Positions 8,803 through 16,304 of a stretch of 64,000 nucleotides of DNA are shown here, one piece after another (positions within the stretch are counted from its first letter, which is position 1; each line of letters starts with the position of its first letter). The notes below the pieces were generated by a model that was not told the origin of the DNA, did no database searches, and saw nothing but the letters and a program-made list of their open reading frames with translations. The translations under genes were made by a program, and so were the position numbers. The DNA comes from Verrucomicrobiota bacterium (GTDB lineage: Bacteria > Verrucomicrobiota > Verrucomicrobiia > Opitutales > Cerasicoccaceae), in the NCBI GenBank assembly GCA_039818205.1, contig JBCBUK010000011.1:32001-96000 (forward strand). The letters run 5' to 3'.

Positions 8803-8912
8803 AAACACCAACGGAAAATCTGACATTCGGGCAAGCGCTCGAAGTGATCCTAACCGGATGGCTTGCGTCGCAGTCTGATATGCTGGCTGAAGATTGGAGA
8901 ATCTTAAGCTAA
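8799..8912 (+). pseudogene. Internally deleted DUF2829/Tad2-family mini-gene (37 aa; not in the ORF track)
   Basis: Manual translation MKTPTENLTFGQALEVILTGWLASQSDMLAEDWRILS*: the family N-motif FGQALE is fused directly to the C-motif WLASQSDMLAEDW; ATGA-coupled to the upstream gene. Confidence 0.75.
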
Positions 8913-9060
8913 GTCAGAAGCATCTAACAAGTAGGAGGTGATGCCATCTGAAACGCCAACACGAACGATTTGAAAGCGTAAGTGGGTTAATGAATCAAAG
9001 GGGGCCGCGCATCCTATAAACGCGGTAACTTTCCACCACTGACCAAAATCCAACAGAAAT

Positions 9061-10755
9061 ATGCCACGTCCACAATTATCCCTAGACCTGAATGCCGAGC
9101 TGATCGTTGATAACTTTGCAGGCGGCGGTGGTGCATCGACCGGTATTGAGATGGCCCTAGGGCGCTCGCCGGACATTGCTGCAAACCACGATAAGGACGC
9201 CGTTGCGATGCACCAGGCGAACCACCCCCAAACACGTCACTATTGCGAAAGCGTCTTTGATGTTGATCCGGCGCGAGTTACTCAGGGGCGGGGCGTTGGG
9301 CTGGCTTGGTTCTCGCCCGACTGTAAACACTTTTCCAAGGCTAAGGGGGGGAAGCCACGCGATAAAAATATACGCGGCTTAGCTTGGGTTGTTATCAATT
9401 GGGTAAACCGGTTGCGTGAAACCCAAGGGGCTGGCCCCCGAGTAATCATGCTAGAAAACGTCGAGGAATTTCAGGATTGGGGGCCAATCGATAAGTCAGG
9501 TAGTCCAATTGATATTTGCAAAGGTTGGTTCTTTCAATGCTTCAAGGGTGCCCTTGAGCGTCGCGGCTACGAAGTCGACTGGCGAGAGCTACGCGGATGT
9601 GACTACGGAGCGCCAACGATACGCAAGCGGTTATTCCTGATTGCTCGTTGCGATGGTGCCGCTATCGTTTGGCCGGAGCCGACACACGCGAGCCCCAAAG
9701 AACGGGCTAAGGGACTGAAGCCTTGGCGCAACGCTGCCGAGTGCATCGATTTTAGTTTGCCGTGCCCTTCGATCTTTGAGCGCAAGCGTCCGCTGGTCGA
9801 CGCTACTTGCCGGCGGATCGCCAAGGGTATCATGCGCTATGTGGTGAATGCCGCTGAGCCCTTTATTGTAAACACTGCCAACACCAAAACGACGGGTCGA
9901 GGTCCTAACAATTGGCCGATTAAGGAGCCTGTGAGAACGTTGACTAGCTCCCCGGGGTTCGCGCTCGTGTCTCCCATCCTAACCGAGCACGCCAACGGAA
10001 GCACGCAACGAAACTTTGATCCGCAGGCACCATTGCGGACCCAATGCGCCGAGGTAAAGGGGGGGCATTTCGCGCTTGTATCGGCTTTTCTAGCTAAGCA
10101 CTACACAGGAGTCACCGGAACCCCGGTCAATGAGGCTATCGGAACCATAACGGCGAAAGATCATCATTCCCTAGTCGCTACCCACTTAGTCCGACATTTT
10201 GGACAGAGCACAGGGCAAGATTGCGCGAAGCCCGCGCCAACCGTAACAGCAAACGGGCAGGGCAAGACCGGTCTAGTAACTTCGCACCTGATGAAATTGC
10301 GCGGGAATCCGGATACGCACCCAAGCGGGAAGGACTGCCGCGAGCCGATTGATACAATAAGCGCCCAGGGCAACCACTTTGCCGAGGTTCGTTCCTTCCT
10401 GATCAAGTATTATGGGACGGACCAGGATCCTAGAATGGATGACCCCTTGCATACGGTAACCACCAAGCACCGGTTTGGCCTCGTGACCGTGCACGGCGTT
10501 GAATACGCAATCGCAGATATCGGCCTGCGTATGCTGCAGCCGAAAGAACTTTTTGCCGCTCAAGGCTTCCCCGAAGATTACATCATCGATCGCGGACAAT
10601 ATGAACGCGAAGACGGGCAGGGGTGGGAGTGGCGTCGCTTAACCAAGACCGCGCAAGTGCGCATGTGTGGAAACAGTGTGTGCCCGCCGTTGGCTGCCGC
10701 CATCGTTCGCGCGAACTGCGCCGACATGAGTGCAGTTCAACGTGGCGCGGCCTAG
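9061..10755 (+). CDS. C5-cytosine DNA methyltransferase with a long repeated insert
   Basis: DNFAGGGG (motif I), FSPDCKHFS (IV), LENVEEF (VI), RKRLF (VIII), GNSV (X). Confidence 0.95.
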   Translation: MPRPQLSLDLNAELIVDNFAGGGGASTGIEMALGRSPDIAANHDKDAVAMHQANHPQTRHYCESVFDVDPARVTQGRGVGLAWFSPDCKHFSKAKGGKPRDKNIRGLAWVVINWVNRLRETQGAGPRVIMLENVEEFQDWGPIDKSGSPIDICKGWFFQCFKGALERRGYEVDWRELRGCDYGAPTIRKRLFLIARCDGAAIVWPEPTHASPKERAKGLKPWRNAAECIDFSLPCPSIFERKRPLVDATCRRIAKGIMRYVVNAAEPFIVNTANTKTTGRGPNNWPIKEPVRTLTSSPGFALVSPILTEHANGSTQRNFDPQAPLRTQCAEVKGGHFALVSAFLAKHYTGVTGTPVNEAIGTITAKDHHSLVATHLVRHFGQSTGQDCAKPAPTVTANGQGKTGLVTSHLMKLRGNPDTHPSGKDCREPIDTISAQGNHFAEVRSFLIKYYGTDQDPRMDDPLHTVTTKHRFGLVTVHGVEYAIADIGLRMLQPKELFAAQGFPEDYIIDRGQYEREDGQGWEWRRLTKTAQVRMCGNSVCPPLAAAIVRANCADMSAVQRGAA

Positions 10756-10775
10756 ATCAAAGGAGACCGGTTGAT

Positions 10776-11351
10776 ATGTTGGAAATAAATCTGAAACTTG
10801 AGGGGTTAGTAGCTCGTCAACTGATCGAAGCGGCAACTCATGCAGGCTTTCCGATTACTGACGATGGGCTGAAGCAAGTGGTGTCGAATGCTCTTGAAGA
10901 TGCGCAAAGCTATCGTGCTTTGAAATCCAAACTGGGGCAGCCTAAAAACCAAGCAGAGCGGTTAGCCCAACGTTGGCGCAATCCGCAAGCGCATCTCGAA
11001 AGCATCGAGAAGCTAGGCCAGGATTACTTCGACGTGACAACCAGCTATCTGCATAGTCGCAGACGGGACCATCAACGTGCTTGGGTGCGTCAGGTAATCA
11101 TGTGGGCGCAGCGAAATCATACCGATGCCAGCCTAGAGACGATAGGCGAGTATTGGAATAAAGATCATGGCACCGTGATACATGCGTGCCGATTGGTGGA
11201 AGATGTTCTCACATTGAAAGATGATCGGACTAATACGATCGGTGCGTTTGATATGCGTTGCGCGGAGTTCATAGATGAAGCTCAGAAGGTTTATAGCGAG
11301 CTTGTTAAAGCGATTCCTGCCATTGCTCAAGTAAAGGAGCCCGCTGCGTAG
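10776..11351 (+). CDS. Protein with DnaA C-terminal (domain IV) HTH
   Basis: RQVIMW...SLETIGEYWNKDHGTVIHACRLVE matches the DnaA domain IV signature; AGGAG RBS upstream. Confidence 0.8.
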   Translation: MLEINLKLEGLVARQLIEAATHAGFPITDDGLKQVVSNALEDAQSYRALKSKLGQPKNQAERLAQRWRNPQAHLESIEKLGQDYFDVTTSYLHSRRRDHQRAWVRQVIMWAQRNHTDASLETIGEYWNKDHGTVIHACRLVEDVLTLKDDRTNTIGAFDMRCAEFIDEAQKVYSELVKAIPAIAQVKEPAA

Positions 11352-12127
11352 TGGCTCAGAGGCGCGGCAGAATGATTGACCCGATGGAGACGCGACACCC
11401 AGATTTCGCGACACTTTCGGCGCGCGCGCAGCTGCTATGGTTTCATATAATTTTGAACGGCGACGACAACCAGGCAATGGATGCTGATCCGCAGCTGGTA
11501 CGCTCGACGTGTTTTCCCTACGGACAATCCCGCATCCGATTGACCGACATCACCCGCTGGCTTGAAGAGCTTCGAGCAGCCGGCTATGTCCGCTTATATC
11601 GATCCGCCGGAATGCAATATGTGAAAGCACTAAGGAATGCGCAAAAGCTGAAACACGGAAAGGTGGCATTGGTGCCCGAAGAACCCAGCGAGCCGAAGCA
11701 AATTTCGCTGGATGTGGGCAACGGACCGAGGGAGCCGGAAGACGATCCGCCGCCGAGCGAAGTTAAGAGAAGAGAAGGAAAGAGTAGTTGTTTGCGCACG
11801 CCCACGCGCGAGCAGGCGCGAGCTTGGTTTAACGAAAAGGGCTATGACCAAGCCGAGGCTGATAGCTACTACGACTACAACAACGAATTTTTTGGCTGGA
11901 AAGCCAAAGACTGGCGGTTCACCGCAAAGAAGTGGATCACCAGCCCCAAATGCCAAAAGCCACAGCAACGAGCGGAGCCGCAAGCGATCCCGACGGAGCC
12001 TGACGGATGGCAATGGGCCCTAGATGAACTTTACGCCCGCGACTGGGATGAAGGCTGGCAAGCCCTCGCTCAGAAACATCCGCAGATAGCTGCCGAACTA
12101 ATCGAAAAAATCAACAAAGGTAACTGA
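11351..12127 (+). CDS. Putative phage replication initiator
   Basis: N-terminal LSARAQLLWFHIILNGDD...WLEELRAAGYVRLY winged helix; C-terminal PTREQARAWF...GWKAKDWR domain. Confidence 0.7.
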   Translation: MAQRRGRMIDPMETRHPDFATLSARAQLLWFHIILNGDDNQAMDADPQLVRSTCFPYGQSRIRLTDITRWLEELRAAGYVRLYRSAGMQYVKALRNAQKLKHGKVALVPEEPSEPKQISLDVGNGPREPEDDPPPSEVKRREGKSSCLRTPTREQARAWFNEKGYDQAEADSYYDYNNEFFGWKAKDWRFTAKKWITSPKCQKPQQRAEPQAIPTEPDGWQWALDELYARDWDEGWQALAQKHPQIAAELIEKINKGN

Positions 12128-12129
12128 CG

Positions 12130-12528
12130 ATGACCACGCACGAGCTAGCTAAACTACTGGATCACGACGAAGCAGATATTCGCGGTATCAAATCGCTGAT
12201 GAACTCGCATGGTTTTGTTTGGCCGAACGGCGAAATTGAACTCGATCAGTTCATGCGGTTCGTTGCAAACCGGGGCGTCGGTTTCAAGATCTATGGGGCG
12301 CGTAGATACACCGCTGAAATCTACGAGAACGAAATACCACTGACGACTAAAGAGCTGGCCGCAGAGCTGGAGCTAAGTGAGCGTTGGATCCAGGCACTAC
12401 GTCGAGCAATGATCGCCACAGGGACACCGTGGCCGCGGAAGCGTTTGCCGCTCGCGATTGTGAAAAACTGGCTGGAAGAGCGCCGGGGAATCACGATGCG
12501 AGAAATGGAAGAACTGGCAAAGGACTGA
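12130..12528 (+). CDS. Tandem-duplicated HTH protein, putative late regulator
   Basis: Two internal repeats, MTTHELAKLL...WP and LTTKELAAEL...WP; last gene of the early operon. Confidence 0.6.
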   Translation: MTTHELAKLLDHDEADIRGIKSLMNSHGFVWPNGEIELDQFMRFVANRGVGFKIYGARRYTAEIYENEIPLTTKELAAELELSERWIQALRRAMIATGTPWPRKRLPLAIVKNWLEERRGITMREMEELAKD

Positions 12529-12774
12529 CTACTTTTTTTCGCGGAGCTTTTGAACTGCTCGAAGCTCTTCAAGCACGGCGTCTTCGCCATGTTTCTTTAG
12601 GATGGCTTCGGCAGCAGGATCGAGAATGCTTTCGAGCCACGGGGTAAGCTTCTGGCCTTCGAGATATGAAGCAAGAACGTAAGCGCCCTTTCGGGCACGA
12701 TACGTTCGGAAGTCGCATTTAGCGTCACGAGTTACCGGCTGGGCGGCGTTCTGATTTTTTTTGGGTGCTGGCAT
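12529..12774 (-). CDS. Small RHH-like regulator
   Basis: MPAPKKNQNAA...RKGAYVLAS...KLTPWLESILD; ATG at 12774. Confidence 0.55.
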   Translation of the reverse strand: MPAPKKNQNAAQPVTRDAKCDFRTYRARKGAYVLASYLEGQKLTPWLESILDPAAEAILKKHGEDAVLEELRAVQKLREKK

Positions 12775-13378
12775 AATGTTGTTGTAGTTCGTAATCGGCT
12801 CGAAGGATGCGGAGAATCTGGCGGAGAGCATGTTCACTCACATCTCGTGCTGTAAAATTGTAGCCGCCAGTGCATGATTGAAAGGTAGGGCCTGTTTCAT
12901 AGTGCGTTATTAGGATGTTGCGAACATGAAGTTCATTTCGCCAGGAATCCCGGGGGCCTACCTCGCTAAGTGAGACGCCTAGCTCGTTGAGCAAGCTTTC
13001 TGTTTCGGCTCGTTCAAGTTGTTGCTTTGCTTCGAATTGGTGATTCTGTCGCCGCGCTTCAAAGTATGTTTTCTTTCCTGGCGTTATTACTCTCCGGATC
13101 AGATCTTTAGAAGCCTGATGGATGTTGCGACCGATCGAGACTGCAGCGGAAACCGTTTTGTGTTGGTTGTGTCGCCATTTGCGGGGAAGCGATAGGCTCA
13201 CGCGTAGTTTGTCTTTTTCGCCCCATCGACTCCCGGCGGAGAATTGGATTCCATCAACTATGAAATTCCAATAGCAAGCTTGTTCGGGGTTGGTTTGGCC
13301 GGGATCGAGTGTGACTTGGCCGCCCATTTGGGCGACCACCTGACACATATATTTGTAGATTTCTTCGTTTTTCATCAT
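12725..13378 (-). CDS. Hypothetical protein in the counter-oriented cassette
   Basis: 217-aa ORF coupled to the ArdC-N gene. Confidence 0.65.
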   Translation of the reverse strand: MMKNEEIYKYMCQVVAQMGGQVTLDPGQTNPEQACYWNFIVDGIQFSAGSRWGEKDKLRVSLSLPRKWRHNQHKTVSAAVSIGRNIHQASKDLIRRVITPGKKTYFEARRQNHQFEAKQQLERAETESLLNELGVSLSEVGPRDSWRNELHVRNILITHYETGPTFQSCTGGYNFTARDVSEHALRQILRILRADYELQQHYASTQKKSERRPAGNS

Positions 13379-13923
13379 GCAGCCTGTTCGTGATCGTTTG
13401 ACTCTTGAGGAGCTGGAAGGGCGAGCGGCAGCGGCTTTAGTAGTTCGCGCACTTTCGCGTGTAAGTGGCTCTTTGGATAGTTGCCTGATTCGTCTTGCAC
13501 CTGGCCGGCGTGAAAAATGTAGGCGATGCTAAACCGCATTGATTTCTGTTCCTCTTCGGAAACTTCGCCAGTTTGCACATTCTTAACTTCGACGGTTTCC
13601 TTGAACTCTTTGGGGCGAGACCAAATCATGAATCCTTTCTCGCCTTTTTTGACGCTGAATCCTTTTTCTTTCCAACCCCTGAATGATGACCATTCGTTTT
13701 CCCCGGTTTGGCGCGAGTAGTCGACTTGCAAGCAGTCGTTTAGTGTTTCACAGCCAGCATACCGCGGGAACGGTAATTCTTTGCCATTTAACAGGGCTGA
13801 GAGATTGGCTCCAATGATGTTGCGGAAAGGCGCTGTCTTCCGGCAGAGCTCTGCGCGTTTTGCTTTCGCCTTTGCTTTAGCCTCTTCTGACCTAGCGGTA
13901 GAACGTTTAGCTTTCTTAGCCAT
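13375..13923 (-). CDS. ArdC-like N-terminal ssDNA-binding domain protein (antirestriction family)
   Basis: WSSFRGWKEKGFSVKKGEKG..IW...IFHAGQV signature; no metalloprotease domain. Confidence 0.85.
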   Translation of the reverse strand: MAKKAKRSTARSEEAKAKAKAKRAELCRKTAPFRNIIGANLSALLNGKELPFPRYAGCETLNDCLQVDYSRQTGENEWSSFRGWKEKGFSVKKGEKGFMIWSRPKEFKETVEVKNVQTGEVSEEEQKSMRFSIAYIFHAGQVQDESGNYPKSHLHAKVRELLKPLPLALPAPQESNDHEQAA

Positions 13924-13993
13924 TTTGATTTACTTTCTATTTTGAAAAGCCGGGATCCGCCCGGGCGGTCTACTCTTGCTGAGTATGGCATCA

Positions 13994-14022
13994 ACTAAAG
14001 CACACCATTATTGAATTGTCAA
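13994..14022 (-). promoter_or_regulatory. Sigma70-type promoter for the ArdC-N cassette
   Basis: Minus strand TTGACA-N17-TTTAGT. Confidence 0.6.
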
Positions 14023-14128
14023 GACAAAACTATGAAGTTTTTTAAGATAATTTAGTACTATTTAAAACATGATAAATCTGTTCCGAATTGTTCCGCTTTA
14101 AGGTCTTGGTGAACGGCGAGAAAGTGCT

Positions 14129-14137
14129 TGATATAAT
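14129..14137 (+). promoter_or_regulatory. Extended -10 promoter directly before terS
   Basis: TGaTATAAT, 5 nt before ATG 14143. Confidence 0.5.
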
Positions 14138-14142
14138 GGGTA

Positions 14143-14841
14143 ATGATCACGCCCGAGCAGGCAGAGAGCACGCAACCGGACCAATTGAGCTTGGCGGGGA
14201 TTTGCGCGGCGGCAGAGGCAAAGAACCTTAGTGAGTTACCCGTTGGGGCGGGCAGCTTGCAGCCAAAACAGCTAAAGTTTGTGATCAATTTGCTGCGTCA
14301 TGGAAACCAGGCGCAAGCATACATTGAGGCGGGCTACAACGTATCTCCTGACGTTGCGCGCGTGAAGGCCTCGCAGTTGGTAGCAAAAGGTAACGTTCAA
14401 CGCTTCTACCATCACTGTATCGAGAAGCTTGCCGCCAATGGGAATGAAACGGTGCGCCGAGTTATGGAGCGGGCAACGATTCTGCATGCAAAGGCGCTTC
14501 GTTGCGCGCAGCTGGTCGAAGCCGAAGAAGATGAACTGGTGACTTTGCGGAAGCAGCGAAAGACCAGCAACACGACCAAGGGAACTTTCTCGGAAGAGAT
14601 TCACGAACGGGAGACAAGGCGCGATCGAGCGGCAAAGCTAGAGCGGCATTATTTTGGCTTAGCAAATCGCGAAGATACCTTGCTGGCTTCGCTTCTGGGC
14701 AAGCTGAAGCTTAACGTTGCAGGAACCGTAACGCTTGAGCACGTCCTGAAGAGTGACGCGCCAGTGAATAGCGATGTCATGAGCGAGCTTGCCCAATCGC
14801 GCCGCGCCGATGTGAACCGCTTGATTGGGGGAAGCAACTAG
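14143..14841 (+). CDS. terS: Terminase small subunit
   Basis: LQPKQLKFV...GNQAQAYIEAGY...ASQL...V HTH signature; directly upstream of terL. Confidence 0.85.
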   Translation: MITPEQAESTQPDQLSLAGICAAAEAKNLSELPVGAGSLQPKQLKFVINLLRHGNQAQAYIEAGYNVSPDVARVKASQLVAKGNVQRFYHHCIEKLAANGNETVRRVMERATILHAKALRCAQLVEAEEDELVTLRKQRKTSNTTKGTFSEEIHERETRRDRAAKLERHYFGLANREDTLLASLLGKLKLNVAGTVTLEHVLKSDAPVNSDVMSELAQSRRADVNRLIGGSN

Positions 14842-16304
14842 TGACGGAGGAGGAAAAGCAATATCTCGCCAGTCTTCCAGGCTTCGCCCGGGAGGTTTTG
14901 CGCTTTGGCGATGACATCTACCCAAGGATGGCCGAGATCTTCGCGCGTATTGACGCGAATTTCTTAGAGGCTGAACCGGAAGCGCGGCGAGTGAACGTAA
15001 AGACGTGTAACGGAGCCGGAAAAACAACGCGCATGTTTCCGGGGGTTGCGTTCTGGATCATGTCGGTTTTTCCCCGCGCAAAAGTGATCTACACAACGGC
15101 ATCGGGCACGCAGCTGTCGACTCAGTTCTGGCCCGCTTTGACGAAGTTTGAAAGCCGCTTTGAGGGGTGGGAATTTTTGCGTGGAAGCTATGAAGTGAAA
15201 GCGCCGAATGGCTCGCGGCTAAAGGGTTTTGTGACCAATGAAGCAGGCCGCGCGGAAGGACATCACGGAAACAAAGACTTGCTCTATGAGCTGAGCAATC
15301 CGAATGAAGACGGCCCGCTCGTGATCCTGATTGACGAGGCTAAGACGGTGCCGGACTTCATCTATGATGCGTTTGACCGGTGCACCTATCAGTTACAGCT
15401 TTCTGAGAGTTCCCCTGGTTATGCTGAAGGCCGCTTTTATGAATACTTTTCTACCAAGTCAAAGGGGTGTCACATTTTTACGGTTAGCGGGGATCCAGAC
15501 AAGCCAGATGCCCCGCACTTAGACCACGTTAAGAACCGGCGCTTGATTGAGGAACTGGGCCCGGATCATCCGCTTGTGCGCTCGAAGGTGTTCGCGGAAT
15601 TCATGGACAGCCCAGAAGGCACGATCATTTCGCTGGGTAGCTTTGAACGTTGCGTACGCAATCCGCCAAGAGAACAAGTTGGAGACCGGCGCGCGTTCTG
15701 TGACTTTGCCGCCGGTGGTGACGAAAACGTTATTGCCGAGCGCACGGGAAATCGGGTTCAGATCCTCAAAGCCTGGCATGAGTCCGACACGATGCGCGCC
15801 GTCTCGCAGTTCATCGTTGAGTTTAAGAAAGCCCGCCTGAGTCCGTCCGAAATATTTGGAGACAACGATGGCTTAGGCAAAGTCATGATCGATGCCTTGC
15901 ACGATGCTGGCTGGCCGATTGGCCGCGTAAGCAATGGCAGCGCAGCCAATGAAAGCGATTTCTACGTAAACCGCGCGGCAGAAACCTGGGCACTTGGAGC
16001 CAAGGCGATCGAGAAGCAAGAAATCATCCTGCCTGAAGACGAGAAGCTACAATACCAGCTAACCAATCGAAAGCTAAAGGCTAGCAACGCGCAGAAAGGC
16101 CGCCTGCAGCTGGAGAGCAAGCAAGACATGAAAAAGCGCGGCGTGGGCAGCCCAGACCGCGCAGACGCAGTGCTAGAGGCAATGCGCTTCTCTCCGCGTA
16201 GTATCAACGCCGTTAGTTCAAAATTTGTGATTCAACCAGGCATCTACACAGACCGCGAGGTCGACGAAAGCGTGTTGGCCGGCATTAACGCAGGGGGCTA
16301 CTAA
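14841..16304 (+). CDS. terL: Terminase large subunit
   Basis: Walker A CNGAGKT, Walker B VILIDEA, nuclease motifs CDFAAGGDE and SPDRADA. Confidence 0.95.
   Translation: MTEEEKQYLASLPGFAREVLRFGDDIYPRMAEIFARIDANFLEAEPEARRVNVKTCNGAGKTTRMFPGVAFWIMSVFPRAKVIYTTASGTQLSTQFWPALTKFESRFEGWEFLRGSYEVKAPNGSRLKGFVTNEAGRAEGHHGNKDLLYELSNPNEDGPLVILIDEAKTVPDFIYDAFDRCTYQLQLSESSPGYAEGRFYEYFSTKSKGCHIFTVSGDPDKPDAPHLDHVKNRRLIEELGPDHPLVRSKVFAEFMDSPEGTIISLGSFERCVRNPPREQVGDRRAFCDFAAGGDENVIAERTGNRVQILKAWHESDTMRAVSQFIVEFKKARLSPSEIFGDNDGLGKVMIDALHDAGWPIGRVSNGSAANESDFYVNRAAETWALGAKAIEKQEIILPEDEKLQYQLTNRKLKASNAQKGRLQLESKQDMKKRGVGSPDRADAVLEAMRFSPRSINAVSSKFVIQPGIYTDREVDESVLAGINAGGY

Noticed and set aside
8941..8973. 10-aa leader peptide MPSETPTRTI after AGGAGG
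   Set aside because: SD-to-ATG spacing is only 2 nt; the sequence is better explained as part of an RNA structure.
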